A stretch of 32,477 nt of DNA from an uncultured Aquiluna sp. (GTDB taxonomy: Bacteria > Actinomycetota > Actinomycetes > Actinomycetales > Microbacteriaceae). A program made the translations under genes and the position numbers. The notes under the pieces were generated by a model. That model was not told the DNA's origin and did not search any database. It saw only the letters and a list, made by a program, of their open reading frames with translations. Shown in pieces: positions 1 through 9,651 of this stretch. Every line of letters begins with the position of its first letter. The first letter of the stretch is position 1. Location of the stretch: contig CAYOXP010000002.1 in NCBI GenBank assembly GCA_964407995.1, positions 7,054-39,530 on the forward strand, written 5' to 3'.

Positions 1-45
1 GATGAACCGCTTCAGGCAAAGGGCTGGGATTCAGTCAGAGGCTAG
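1..45 (+). CDS. 3' end of an upstream gene (partial; possibly citrate synthase by synteny)
   Basis: Frame 1 is open from the window edge ([14 protein letters not shown]) to TAG at 43-45, which shares CTAG with the dapD stop. The identity is only a guess from neighbourhood. Confidence 0.35.
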   Translation, partial: DEPLQAKGWDSVRG

Positions 46-992
46 GCGTGTAATTGAGCGTTTAGCTCGACCCCGACACCGTCTCTAGCGATTGCCTCGA
101 CTGCACCGTTTTGGCTGTTTCGTCTAAACAGCATTCCTGGCATGCCTGATAGCTCAGCAGCTTTCACAACTTGAGTTCTGCCATCGAGCATCAGAGTTAC
201 CTTGGTCCCGGCTGTTACATAGAGCCCGGCTTCAACGATTGAGTCGTCTCCGATCGAGATTCCGATACCGGAGTTTGCTCCGAGTAGCGCTCGCTTACCG
301 ATTGAAACCTTGTGCTTGCCGCCACCGGAGAGTGTTCCCATGATTGATGCACCGCCACCAATGTCTGAGCCATCGCCGACTACCACACCCTGAGAGATGC
401 GACCCTCCACCATTGAGTTACCCAAGGTTCCAGCGTTGAAATTCACGAAACCTTCGTGCATCACGGTCGTTCCCGGTGCTAGGTGTGCCCCTAGGCGAAC
501 CCTGTTGCCATCTGCGATGCGGACCTTTTTTGGAACCACGTAGTCAATAAGCCTTGGGAATTTGTCGATTGAATGAGCAACGATTCCTTGATTGCGCAAG
601 GTGAGGGTGCGCTGTTCAAAGTCTTCGAGGGTCATTACACCCTTGTTGGTGAAGGCGACGATCGGGAGGTTCGGAATTAGACCCTCGAGATTGATCGTGT
701 TTGGCTGCACCTTCAGGTGAGAGAGCAGGTGAAGGCGCAAGTAGGCATCTTGGGTTGACGTGACTGGTAGTGACAATTCGATTTCACAGCGAATCACCTC
801 GGTGCGAACATTACGAATCTCATCTTGACCGACCATCTCATCTAGTTCACGAGGTGAGAACCACTGCAGGTCTGACTTTGGGGCATCGCCAACCTGTGGG
901 TCTGGATACCAGACATCCAACACGGTTCCGTCGTGAGAAATTGTGGCCAGGCCGTGGCCCCAGGCCTTGTCGGTTAGGTAAGTTGCGCTCAT
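42..992 (-). CDS. dapD: 2,3,4,5-tetrahydropyridine-2,6-dicarboxylate N-succinyltransferase (actinobacterial type)
   Basis: [49 protein letters not shown] and hexapeptide repeats; divergent from dapE. Confidence 0.96.
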   Translation of the reverse strand: MSATYLTDKAWGHGLATISHDGTVLDVWYPDPQVGDAPKSDLQWFSPRELDEMVGQDEIRNVRTEVIRCEIELSLPVTSTQDAYLRLHLLSHLKVQPNTINLEGLIPNLPIVAFTNKGVMTLEDFEQRTLTLRNQGIVAHSIDKFPRLIDYVVPKKVRIADGNRVRLGAHLAPGTTVMHEGFVNFNAGTLGNSMVEGRISQGVVVGDGSDIGGGASIMGTLSGGGKHKVSIGKRALLGANSGIGISIGDDSIVEAGLYVTAGTKVTLMLDGRTQVVKAAELSGMPGMLFRRNSQNGAVEAIARDGVGVELNAQLHA

Positions 993-1022
993 CGCACCCA
1001 GAATACAGGTAGCCTTTTTGCT
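993..1022. promoter_or_regulatory. Back-to-back leaderless promoters for dapD and dapE
   Basis: Plus-strand TAGCCT (1010-1015) is 7 nt before the dapE ATG. Minus-strand TATTCT (1005-1000) is 7 nt before the dapD ATG. Neither gene has an SD sequence. Confidence 0.7.
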
Positions 1023-2093
1023 ATGGCTTTTGACACCTCAAACCTCACCGAGCTCACCATCGCAATTTGCAACATTGAGTCGGTCTCCGGTAACGAGGCG
1101 GCGCTCGCCGACGAAGTCGAAGCAACACTAAGTGCTGCATCACACCTTGAGGTCGTTCGAGACGGCAACGCGATAGTTGCAAAAACTAACTTGGGCAGAG
1201 ACAAGCGCGTCGTCATAGCCGGTCACATCGATACGGTTCCGGTGGCGAATAACCTTCCGGCGCAACTGCATCATTTTGAGCGCGAGCAAGTAATTGTCGG
1301 CCGCGGCACGGTGGACATGAAAGCCGGTGTAGCCGTCATGCTAAAACTCGCCGTGGAAGTAAATCAACCAGTTTTTGACATCACCTGGGTCTTCTATGAC
1401 AACGAAGAGGTGGCAAGCGAGCTCAATGGCCTAGGCAGACTTATGCGTAATCACAAAGATTTGATCCAAGGTGAATTTGCAGTTCTCTGTGAGCCGACCA
1501 GTGCCCTAGTCGAGGGCGGCTGCAATGGCACTATCAGGGTTGAGGTAAGTGCAGCCGGCAGGAAGGCGCATTCGGCGAGACCATGGATGGGTGAAAACGC
1601 CATTCATAAGCTGACTCCTGCGTTAACCGCTCTCAGCAACTACCAGCCTGAGACTGTTGAGGTTGATGGGCTTGCTTACCGTGAGAGCCTGAATGCGGTT
1701 TTGGCTAGTGCGGGAATTGCAACCAATGTCATCCCAGATGCGGCAACTTTGACGGTGAACTATCGCTTTGCCCCATCTCGCTCTGGTGCAGAAGTTGAGG
1801 CGTTTCTCCGTGAGTTTTTTGCTGGCTACGAAGTCGTTGTGACAGACCTTGCCGAAGGTGCCAGACCTGGTCTGAACACCGAGGCCGCCCAGGCGTTTAT
1901 AACTGCAACCAAATCGGAGGTCAGACCGAAGTATGGCTGGACCGATGTGGCAAGATTCTCAGCCCTGGGAATCCCTGCGGTGAACTATGGCCCAGGTGAT
2001 CCTTCGCTGGCTCATGCCGACAATGAAAACGTTCCGGTAGGCCACATTTATGATTGCGAGATAGGCCTCAGGAGCTGGCTGCAAGGTAGCTGA
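1023..2093 (+). CDS. dapE: Succinyl-diaminopimelate desuccinylase (M20 family)
   Basis: [49 protein letters not shown]; paired with dapD. Confidence 0.95.
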   Translation: MAFDTSNLTELTIAICNIESVSGNEAALADEVEATLSAASHLEVVRDGNAIVAKTNLGRDKRVVIAGHIDTVPVANNLPAQLHHFEREQVIVGRGTVDMKAGVAVMLKLAVEVNQPVFDITWVFYDNEEVASELNGLGRLMRNHKDLIQGEFAVLCEPTSALVEGGCNGTIRVEVSAAGRKAHSARPWMGENAIHKLTPALTALSNYQPETVEVDGLAYRESLNAVLASAGIATNVIPDAATLTVNYRFAPSRSGAEVEAFLREFFAGYEVVVTDLAEGARPGLNTEAAQAFITATKSEVRPKYGWTDVARFSALGIPAVNYGPGDPSLAHADNENVPVGHIYDCEIGLRSWLQGS

Positions 2094-2094
2094 T

Positions 2095-2115
2095 TGGCTT
2101 TATGAAGCCATTTCT
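2095..2115 (+). terminator. Weak hairpin after dapE
   Basis: TGGCTT-TATG-AAGCCA followed by TTTCT, directly after the stop codon. Confidence 0.3.
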
Positions 2116-2162
2116 GGGATAATTGAGGGCAATTCCCGCGTTTATACCAAGGAGATTTTCTC

Positions 2163-2336
2163 ATGGCAGCAATGAAGCCTCGTACCGGTGACGGACCTAT
2201 GGAGGCAGAGCGCGAACCTCGCGGTCTAATCGTGCTTCGCATTCCTCTTGAGGGTGGCGGTCGCCTTGTGGTTTCTGTAAACGAGGCCGAGGTCAAAGAA
2301 CTTCACTCAGTTCTCGAGGGTGTAATCAAGAAGTAA
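2163..2336 (+). CDS. DUF3117 family small protein (57 aa; absent from the ORF track)
   Basis: Manual translation: MAAMKPRTGDGPMEAEREPRGLIVLRIPLEGGGRLVVSVNEAEVKELHSVLEGVIKK*. It carries the hallmark MAAMKPRTGDGP and PLEGGGRLVV motifs. AAGGAG SD and TGGGATAAT extended -10 lie upstream. Confidence 0.93.
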   Translation: MAAMKPRTGDGPMEAEREPRGLIVLRIPLEGGGRLVVSVNEAEVKELHSVLEGVIKK

Positions 2337-2963
2337 TTAGCTTCTAGTTACTACCAGTAACCCATCTCCAGCCATAGACACCGAAGCAATAAAGCCTTCA
2401 CTGTCGGCGAAATTTCTCAAAGCACTTCTTAGCGCTGACGTTTCGTCGTCTCTAAGGGCTGGATTTGGCACTCGATCCCGCCATAGCGCGTGGGCAATCA
2501 CCAAAACTCCTGAAGGTCGAAGAAGATTTACCGCGGTTGGTAGAAGCTCTTCCAAATCACTTGGCTCAATGTCGATAAACACTAAGTCGTAGCCGCCATC
2601 GGCCATGTTGCCCATGACAGCCTTGGCCTTGCCCGTGATGACGCGAATTCGATTTGCAGGGACACCTGATTCAACAAAGTTCTTGCGCGCCACATTTTGA
2701 TATTCCGGCTCATCATCAATTGTGGTTAGTACCGAATCATTTGAAGCCGAAAGTAGCCACAGTCCAGAAACACCAGCACCTGTGCCGGCTTCGACTATGT
2801 GCTTCGCCCTGGAAATTGCGGCCAGTAGCGCGAGCTGGTTTCCAGAAGATGGGGTGACAGATTCGACTCCAAGCTGCTCGGCATGGTGGCGAGCAGAGGC
2901 GATGTGGGAAGGTTCGTGAGCGTACTCCTCGACGAATTTCCAGCTTGAAATCTTGTCAATCAT
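2337..2963 (-). CDS. SAM-dependent O-methyltransferase (Methyltransf_3 / Rv1220c-like)
   Basis: VEAGTGAGVSGLWL motif I, LTTIDDEPE, YDLVFID, LRPSGVLV; conserved position before tatB. Confidence 0.88.
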   Translation of the reverse strand: MIDKISSWKFVEEYAHEPSHIASARHHAEQLGVESVTPSSGNQLALLAAISRAKHIVEAGTGAGVSGLWLLSASNDSVLTTIDDEPEYQNVARKNFVESGVPANRIRVITGKAKAVMGNMADGGYDLVFIDIEPSDLEELLPTAVNLLRPSGVLVIAHALWRDRVPNPALRDDETSALRSALRNFADSEGFIASVSMAGDGLLVVTRS

Positions 2964-3028
2964 TATGCGTAAAGCTTAGGAAGCATTTGTGCGCAACCCC
3001 TGCATTCAAATGCGACTAAACTCGTGGC

Positions 3029-3379
3029 ATGTTTGGTCTTAGCGCAGAGAAACTTCTACTCCTTGCGCTACTCGCAGTTTTGATCATCGGACCCGAGCGA
3101 CTACCTCAGTATTCAAAGCAGCTAGCCGAATGGGTCAAAAAGATCCGTCGCATGGTTGACAACGCACAAACTCAGATGAAGTCAGAGCTTGGAGAAGGTT
3201 TTGAGGATCTTGACTGGAAGAAGCTAGATCCTCGTCAATATGACCCTAGGCGCATTGTCCGTGACGCCCTTCGTGAACCACTTCGCCAGCCAAATGCAGC
3301 CGAGAAGCTAAACCGCCCAAAGGTTCAACGTCCACTCGAGGTGGGCGAGAGCGCGCCATTTGACCAAGAGGCTACTTAG
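3029..3379 (+). CDS. tatB: Sec-independent protein translocase TatB
   Basis: MFGLSAEKLLLLALLAVLIIGPERLP TM plus amphipathic helix; DPRQYDPRRIVRDAL; C-terminal PFDQEAT. Leaderless TAAACT 6 nt upstream. Confidence 0.92.
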   Translation: MFGLSAEKLLLLALLAVLIIGPERLPQYSKQLAEWVKKIRRMVDNAQTQMKSELGEGFEDLDWKKLDPRQYDPRRIVRDALREPLRQPNAAEKLNRPKVQRPLEVGESAPFDQEAT

Positions 3380-4842
3380 ACTCGCTTGGTGAGCCAGGTC
3401 ATCACTGGCGCCATCCACTTGTAATCCTTGGCCCGATTTGGCAGTTTGATAGGCAAGTTGTTTGCAACCCCAATCGTGCGCTTTTCGGTAAATCGCAACA
3501 GACCCTCTGGCCCAGACCTTCTCCCCATGCCTGACTGCTTCATTCCGCCCATTGGTGCCGACATTGACGCCATTGAAGCTCTATAGCCCTCATTGATGTT
3601 TACCGAGCCGGCCATCAACTTGGATGCCACCTTGAGTGCATCTGACTTTGCGCCGACAACCGAGGCGTTCAAACCAAACTCTGTCGCGTTTGCAAGCTGA
3701 ATTGCTTCGTCTAGGCCCTGATATCCAACCAGCGCAATTACCGGCCCAAATACTTCTTTGGTCAAGATCTCAGAACCTGCGGCAATGTCCGTAATCACCG
3801 TGGGGGAGTAGAAGTTTGGACCCAGGTCGGTCCTGACATTTCCACCGACAACAACCCTTGCACCATCAGCCACAGCCCGATCAACGAACCCTTGAACCCT
3901 GGTGAGCTGATTCGCAGAACTCAAAGAACCAACATCATGATTGAAATCGCTTGAGGTTCCGAGAGTCAGGCTTTCGATCTTTTGCTTGAGAATCTGCTCG
4001 AAGGCTTTGATCGCATGATTTGAGACGTAAACACGTTCGATTGAAACGCAGAGCTGCCCTGCGTTACCAAAAGCAGCACCAATGGCAATCTCAGCGGCTT
4101 TATCGAGGTCAGCTCCTGGAAGCACGATCATTGGGTTTTTGCCACCAAGTTCAAGGCTGTAGCCAATTAGGCGCTTCGCAGCCCTCTCTGCCACCAACTT
4201 TCCGGTTGGGGTGGATCCAGTAAATGCCACATAATCAGCATTGTCAGTGACAGCATTGCCAACCTCTGCCGGATCACCCTGCACCACTTGCCAGACGTGT
4301 TCTGGAACCCCCGCCTCCAGCGCAAGATCTCTTGCCATTGCAACGGTCATGGCGGTTTGATTATCAGCCTTTTGGACAACTGCGTTTCCGGCCATCAGGG
4401 CTGGAATAACGTCCATCATGGTCAGAGCCAATGGGTAGTTCCATGGCGTGATAACGCCGACAACTCCGAGTGGTGCGGGTTCTAGATATGTAGTGAGCAT
4501 TAGCGGGACGGAAGAGGCAAGCCTTTTTCGCTTGAGTAGTTTCGGAGTAACTCTGGCGTAGTAACTGATGGAGCCAAGAGCGCCAGCAATTTCTTCAAAT
4601 GCGTGGGCCCTAGCTTTGCCGGTCTCAGACTGGAGTAAATCCATCACTACGTTCTGCCGCTGAGCGAGTAAACCTGCTAGTCGTTTTGCGACTTTAGCTC
4701 TACCGCTCGGCCCGAGTTCTTGCCAAGCAGTTTGCGCCTTGCGAGCTTTTGCAAATGCTTCGGCAACGTCGTTTGCCGAGTAGGAAGGAACTTCGTGAAG
4801 CAATAATCCAGTCAACGGACTGATTACCTGAATCTGAGTCAT
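3376..4842 (-). CDS. gabD: NAD(P)-dependent aldehyde dehydrogenase, succinate-semialdehyde dehydrogenase-like
   Basis: ITPWNYP, FTGST, catalytic ELGGKN and GQLCVS, EVFGP, GGMKQSGMGR. Substrate assignment is an inference. Confidence 0.75.
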   Translation of the reverse strand: MTQIQVISPLTGLLLHEVPSYSANDVAEAFAKARKAQTAWQELGPSGRAKVAKRLAGLLAQRQNVVMDLLQSETGKARAHAFEEIAGALGSISYYARVTPKLLKRKRLASSVPLMLTTYLEPAPLGVVGVITPWNYPLALTMMDVIPALMAGNAVVQKADNQTAMTVAMARDLALEAGVPEHVWQVVQGDPAEVGNAVTDNADYVAFTGSTPTGKLVAERAAKRLIGYSLELGGKNPMIVLPGADLDKAAEIAIGAAFGNAGQLCVSIERVYVSNHAIKAFEQILKQKIESLTLGTSSDFNHDVGSLSSANQLTRVQGFVDRAVADGARVVVGGNVRTDLGPNFYSPTVITDIAAGSEILTKEVFGPVIALVGYQGLDEAIQLANATEFGLNASVVGAKSDALKVASKLMAGSVNINEGYRASMASMSAPMGGMKQSGMGRRSGPEGLLRFTEKRTIGVANNLPIKLPNRAKDYKWMAPVMTWLTKRV

Positions 4843-4850
4843 GTCTCTAT

Positions 4851-5951
4851 CTAACGAGGTTTTAGCCCTAAAGATTTCCCATTTAGGCCAAGTGGCGCAC
4901 TGGCTATTGACTTAGCTAGTTCAAAAATCACTTGGCTAACTGGGTGACTTGGCTGACTGATGGTTAGCGGAACGCCTAGATCTGAGGCTTCACGGAGCTC
5001 TGTGGCAATTGGTATTTGAGACAAAACTTTGACATCCGAACCTGAAATTTCTGCCAATGCTTTTGCTACCGCTTCACCGCCACCCTGGCCAAAGATGAAA
5101 TTGCGCATACCTTGAACCTCTAGGTAAGCCATGTTCTCTATTACGCCAAGTACCCGTTGACCAGTTTGAACCCCGATAGCCCCTGATCTTTGAGCAACAG
5201 TTGCCGCAGCAGCCTGCGGGGTCGTAACAACTAGAGACTGCGCTTTTGGAAGAAGCTGTCCGAGGCTAATTGCAACATCGCCGGTACCAGGAGGTAAATC
5301 AACCAACAAGAAATCCAGATCACCCCAATAAACGTCTGTAAGAAATTGTTCGATTGCCCGATGAAGCATCGGGCCTCGCCAGCCAATTGGTTGGTTGCCC
5401 TCCACAAAGAAACCAATTGACATCACTCTGACATCGAATGCGATTGGTGGCAGCATCAGCTGGTCAACCTTGGTAGGGGAGCTGCTGATTCCTAGTTGGC
5501 CCGGGATTGAGTAGCCAAAGATGTCTGCATCAATCAGGCCGACCTTGTGGCCGAGAGAAGCGAGTGCGGTTGCGAGATTGGCGGTGATGGTGCTTTTTCC
5601 AACCCCACCTTTACCGCTTCCAACAAATATCACTCTGGTGAAGTTGTCATCCTGCACAAAAGGATTGAACCTTACTGGCCGATCTCCGCGAAGCAGTTTC
5701 TTGAGTTCGTCGCGCTCGTCTTGGGTCATCGTCGACATTTCAAGTTCGAATTTGCTTAGCGAGCCAGAAAGCGCCTCTTTCGCATCACGTTCAATTTTCT
5801 GTGCTGCAGGGCAACCGGCGATTGTGAGCTTAATCTTCACTTTGGCAAAATCAGAGGACTCTTCAAGAATCTCAACCATGCCCAGTTTTGTGATTGGAGC
5901 TCTTAGCTCGGGGTCAATGACCTTTTCAAGAGCGGCTAAAGCCTTGCTCAT
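4851..5951 (-). CDS. mrp: Mrp/NBP35 (ApbC) Fe-S cluster carrier ATPase
   Basis: N-terminal VIDPEL..LTIAGCP domain, deviant Walker A GKGGVGKST, DADIFG, WRGPM, DLPPGTGD, VTTPQ, ENM. Confidence 0.93.
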   Translation of the reverse strand: MSKALAALEKVIDPELRAPITKLGMVEILEESSDFAKVKIKLTIAGCPAAQKIERDAKEALSGSLSKFELEMSTMTQDERDELKKLLRGDRPVRFNPFVQDDNFTRVIFVGSGKGGVGKSTITANLATALASLGHKVGLIDADIFGYSIPGQLGISSSPTKVDQLMLPPIAFDVRVMSIGFFVEGNQPIGWRGPMLHRAIEQFLTDVYWGDLDFLLVDLPPGTGDVAISLGQLLPKAQSLVVTTPQAAAATVAQRSGAIGVQTGQRVLGVIENMAYLEVQGMRNFIFGQGGGEAVAKALAEISGSDVKVLSQIPIATELREASDLGVPLTISQPSHPVSQVIFELAKSIASAPLGLNGKSLGLKPR

Positions 5952-6457
5952 TTACTCTTTTTGCCGTCTTTGGTGCCGAGCTCTTCCAGTAGGTCGCGCA
6001 TCATCTCTCGAAGTTCATCGCGCACGAAATCTTTGGTTGCGACCTCTTCTAATGCAAGTCGCAATGCGGCCACCTCACGAGCGAGATACTCGGTGTCAGC
6101 CAGATTTCGCTCTGCACGTTGGCGATCCTGCTCGAACTTGACGCGGTCGCGGTCATCCTGGCGGTTCTGCGCCAACAGAATCAGCGGTGCTGCATAAGAA
6201 GCTTGGAGCGAAAGAATTAGCGTCAGAAGCGTGAAATTCAATGCCCTAGGGTCAAACTGAGCAGTCTGTGGAGCCAGTGTGTTCCAGGTCAACCAGAGAG
6301 CTACAAGGATGGTCATTCCAATTAGGAAGGCGCCAGTTCCCATTGCCCTGGCGAACTTTTCGGAGATGCGGCCGACGGTCTCTTGGCTCAGGCTAGGGGC
6401 GCGAAAGAGCTGACGACGGGTTACCGGCGTCTCTAGCTCAGTTAGGTTGCGTGCCAC
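5948..6457 (-). CDS. DUF1003 membrane protein
   Basis: Two hydrophobic segments, FDP..FTLLTLILSLQASYAAPLILLAQNRQ, C-terminal coiled coil; ATGA overlap with mrp. Confidence 0.9.
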   Translation of the reverse strand: MARNLTELETPVTRRQLFRAPSLSQETVGRISEKFARAMGTGAFLIGMTILVALWLTWNTLAPQTAQFDPRALNFTLLTLILSLQASYAAPLILLAQNRQDDRDRVKFEQDRQRAERNLADTEYLAREVAALRLALEEVATKDFVRDELREMMRDLLEELGTKDGKKSK

Positions 6458-6459
6458 TT

Positions 6460-7695
6460 CTAGTCCTCTTCGCTTCTCCAGTCCTCCGGCAGCAGGTGAT
6501 CCAAAACGTCATCCACGGTCACGCAACCAATCAAGTGAGAATTGTCGTCTACTACCGGAAGTGCAACTAGGTCATAGGTTGCGAGGTCACGGTGAATTTG
6601 ACCGATTGGTGTTTGTGGATTGATTGGCTCCTGCTCAGAGTCCAATAGAGAACTTAGTCGCTCATGCGGTGGATAGCGAAGCATTTTTTGAAAATGAACC
6701 ACACCTAAGTACTTACCGGTGGGGGTTTCGTACGGGGGAAGGGTAACAAAAACCTGAGCTGCCAAAACAGGCTCAACCTCTTTACGCCTGATCAGTGCCA
6801 TTGCTTCTGCAACTGTCGTATCGGCCGCGCAAATGATTGGCTCGGGGGTCATCATTCCACCAGCGGTATACGGTTCATACTGCAAAAGCTGTCGAATGTC
6901 TTCGGCTTCTTCTTGATCCATCAGGTCAAGAAGTGCCTCAGTTCTTTCGGCAGGGAGGTTAGCCATAAGGTCAGCAGCATCATCTGGCCCCATAAGGTCC
7001 AAGACCTCTGCTGCACGCTCGTCTTCAAGGTCGTTAATAATCTCGAGCTGTTCTTCCTCTGGCAGCTCTTCGAGAAGATCGGCTAGACGTTCATCGTCGA
7101 GTTCTTCAGCAAGTGCCAACATGCGATCTTCAGGAAGTTCCAAAACTGCGGTTGCAAGGTCGGCAGGGCGCAGGTCAGCAACACTGTCAAGCAGGTGTTG
7201 AGCATTCTGCTCCGCAGGGTCTTCCTGATTTTCTGAAACGTCTTGCCACATCACAAACTGGGTCGGACCCTTGGCAAAAGGCAATGCAGAGTTCTTTGGC
7301 TTGCGAACAAACAACTCACTCAAAGCCCATTCGCCACGTTTGTTTTTTTCAATAGCAAAGTCTTCGATGGTTGCGTCGCCGCTGCCATCCAAGAGAGTTA
7401 CTTTGCGTCCAAGAATTTCTGCAATCGCTCTAACTTCCTGGCCGCGCTGTGAAAAGCGGCGCAAATCAATAAAGCCATTACTCATAATTTGCCCGGGTGC
7501 AATCGCTGTTACACGGGTGATTGGCAGAAATACCCTGCGGCGGCCAGAAATTTCGATTATGAAACCAGTTGCGCGCGGTGGCTGAGTCTTTCTGTATGCC
7601 ATGAGCACATCGATAACCTTGCCGACTCGGTCTCCGAGGGGGTCGAAAACTCCACAGCCAGTCAATCTGGCGACGAATACCCTGGTTGCGCTCAT
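6460..7695 (-). CDS. Soluble PRC-barrel / MgtE N-terminal / CBS-pair protein (no TM domain)
   Basis: Start re-called to MSATRVFVARL (ATG 7695, TAAGGT 7 nt upstream). Acidic MgtE_N repeats (DERLADLLEELPE), TAGGMMTPE, CBS VTVDDVLD. Confidence 0.87.
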   Translation of the reverse strand: MSATRVFVARLTGCGVFDPLGDRVGKVIDVLMAYRKTQPPRATGFIIEISGRRRVFLPITRVTAIAPGQIMSNGFIDLRRFSQRGQEVRAIAEILGRKVTLLDGSGDATIEDFAIEKNKRGEWALSELFVRKPKNSALPFAKGPTQFVMWQDVSENQEDPAEQNAQHLLDSVADLRPADLATAVLELPEDRMLALAEELDDERLADLLEELPEEEQLEIINDLEDERAAEVLDLMGPDDAADLMANLPAERTEALLDLMDQEEAEDIRQLLQYEPYTAGGMMTPEPIICAADTTVAEAMALIRRKEVEPVLAAQVFVTLPPYETPTGKYLGVVHFQKMLRYPPHERLSSLLDSEQEPINPQTPIGQIHRDLATYDLVALPVVDDNSHLIGCVTVDDVLDHLLPEDWRSEED

Positions 7696-7741
7696 AGAGA
7701 TAACCTTATTGCCACCTAGGGTTTCGTGGCACAATGCTCGC

Positions 7742-8257
7742 ATGACTGACGCAAAGAATTCAGCCAAAATACGCCAAAATGCACCGATTGTTCCCCGTGG
7801 TCACTCACTTGGGGAGTTTGCAAATTACCTTGATGCCACTGCCGTGGTGGAAAAGCTAGTTGCGGGCGATTTCACGCCTGGCAAAATCAGCATCGTCGGT
7901 CACGATCCAGTTTTAGTTGAGCGCGTGCGTGGCCGCCTTGGCTATGGGCGGGTTGCGCTCTCTGGAGCAATCACCGGTTTTTGGATGGGCCTAATCTTTG
8001 CGATGCTGATTGGTGCGGGCATTGAGGTGACACCTGAGGGCGGCATCAACTACCTGCCTCAGCAATTCTTTTCTGTCATGTTTGTCGCAGCCGGCCTGGG
8101 AATGCTGTTTCAGGTGATCCGCTTCTCGCTAAATAAAAACCGTCGCGGATTTCTCTCCTCGCAGATGCCGATCGCCTCTCGTTACGAGGTCATCGTGCCA
8201 GAGGCAGAAGCTGTGGCAGCCAGGAAAATTCTTGGCTTAGCCGGCACCGCCGAGTAG
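7742..8257 (+). CDS. General stress protein (YflT/17M-like, Rv1234-like) membrane protein
   Basis: Start re-called to ATG 7742 (CACAAT 6 nt upstream). Y..A..VVEKL..F..ISIVG..LVERV.GRL.YGRVALSGA, two TM segments, ASRYEV. Confidence 0.78.
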   Translation: MTDAKNSAKIRQNAPIVPRGHSLGEFANYLDATAVVEKLVAGDFTPGKISIVGHDPVLVERVRGRLGYGRVALSGAITGFWMGLIFAMLIGAGIEVTPEGGINYLPQQFFSVMFVAAGLGMLFQVIRFSLNKNRRGFLSSQMPIASRYEVIVPEAEAVAARKILGLAGTAE

Positions 8258-9634
8258 CGCCTGCGCATACCAGTCTTCGATGCCCTGAGTGGTTCTAGGA
8301 AGTGCACCAGATAGGTTTTCAACTCCAGTCTCGGTGACCAAAACATCGTCCTCGATACGCACGCCAATGCCTCGGAATTCTTCAGGCACGGTCAGGTCGT
8401 TTTTGTGTAGGTAGAGCCCTGGTTCAATTGTGAAAACCATGCCTGGCTCCAAGATGCCATCTTGGTAAAGCTCACGTTTGGCCTGGGCGCAGTCATGTAC
8501 ATCCATGCCAAGGTGGTGGCTTGTGCCATGCACCATAAACCTTCTGTGGTGCTGATTTTCAGGCTTTAGGGCATCTTCAACGCTCACGGGCAGGAAGCCA
8601 AGTTCAGATACCTTGCGGGCGATTACCTCGATAGCGGCATTGTGGACATCCCGGAATCTCACGCCCGGCTTAGCAACGGCAAAGGCGGCATCCGCTGCCT
8701 CAAGCACGGCGTCGTAGATCAACTTTTGCTCTGTAGAGAACTTGCCATTAACCGGAATGGTTCTCGTCACATCTGCGGTGTAGAGGCTGTCGAGTTCGAC
8801 TCCGGCATCTACCAGAATCAAGTCGCCATCTTTCACATCACCATCGTTACGAGTCCAGTGCAAGGTGCAGGCATTGGCTCCTGATGCAGCAATGGTTTCG
8901 TACCCAAGGTCATACCCCTCATGCCTAGCCCTAGCAAAGAAGGCAGTTTCCACCACTCTCTCGCCCCTAGGTTTTCTTGTCGCAATGGGCAGTGATCTGG
9001 CGACATCGGCGAAGCCGGCCATGGTTACGTTGACTGCTTGACGCATTTGTTCGATTTCGTATGCGTCTTTGACGAATCGAATGTTTGAAAGCGCTTGGGA
9101 CAACTTCGCGCTCTTGAGGGTTATTTTCTTCTCAAATTTCTTTGAGTCTTTTTCAAAGTGTTTGATGTCTTTGGTTGCTATACCCAGCTGTTGACTCACT
9201 TGATCCAGCGTTGGCCTTGGGCCCACCCAGAACTCGCCAATCATTGGATTAGCGAAAAATTCGTCGCTGTCTTTACCTGCTGTCGGCATCAGGTAAAGGG
9301 TTGAGGCGGCAACTTTCTTCGTGCAGTCGATGACCAGGATTGACCCAGGTACGGTTGCAGACCCCCAGCCGGTCAAATGGGCAAAGCCAGAGTGCGGGCG
9401 ATAGCGATACTCGGTGTCGTTTGAGCGAACCTTTGGTTCACCAGACTCAATTACTAAGGTCTTGCCTTTGAACTGTTCAGCAATTTTTGCTCGTCGCACT
9501 TCAGCAAAGTCTGCAACATCCCACCTAGGTGAGGAGGTGATTGAAGCCTCTTGCCAGTTGCTGGCAATAAAGCGAAGAAATGTTTCGGAATGTGGTGTGC
9601 GCGAGCGATTCGTCGGCTGTGACTTTTTACCCAT
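8237..9634 (-). CDS. pepP: Xaa-Pro aminopeptidase (aminopeptidase P, M24B)
   Basis: RSNDTEYRYRPHS, LHW, LVDAGVE, YTADVTRT, HGTSHHLGMDVHD, TIEPGLY, GVRIEDD. Start re-called to ATG 9634. Confidence 0.92.
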   Translation of the reverse strand: MGKKSQPTNRSRTPHSETFLRFIASNWQEASITSSPRWDVADFAEVRRAKIAEQFKGKTLVIESGEPKVRSNDTEYRYRPHSGFAHLTGWGSATVPGSILVIDCTKKVAASTLYLMPTAGKDSDEFFANPMIGEFWVGPRPTLDQVSQQLGIATKDIKHFEKDSKKFEKKITLKSAKLSQALSNIRFVKDAYEIEQMRQAVNVTMAGFADVARSLPIATRKPRGERVVETAFFARARHEGYDLGYETIAASGANACTLHWTRNDGDVKDGDLILVDAGVELDSLYTADVTRTIPVNGKFSTEQKLIYDAVLEAADAAFAVAKPGVRFRDVHNAAIEVIARKVSELGFLPVSVEDALKPENQHHRRFMVHGTSHHLGMDVHDCAQAKRELYQDGILEPGMVFTIEPGLYLHKNDLTVPEEFRGIGVRIEDDVLVTETGVENLSGALPRTTQGIEDWYAQALLGGAG

Positions 9635-9651
9635 GGCACTATTCTGCTCCT
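9635..9651. promoter_or_regulatory. 17-bp bidirectional leaderless promoter with overlapping -10 boxes
   Basis: Plus-strand TATTCT (9640-9645) is 6 nt before GTG 9652. Minus-strand CAGAAT (9646-9641) is 6 nt before ATG 9634. Confidence 0.65.

Noticed and set aside
2048-2296. 82-aa minus-strand ORF
   Set aside because: Antisense shadow of the real DUF3117 gene on the plus strand.
5521-6141. 206-aa plus-strand ORF and similar Ser-rich antisense ORFs throughout the window
   Set aside because: They lie opposite well-supported genes, have shadow-like composition and show no motifs or start signals.
6900-7180. Repetitive acidic segment as a DNA repeat or array
   Set aside because: Protein-level helical repeats of the MgtE N-terminal domain; no exact nucleotide repeats.
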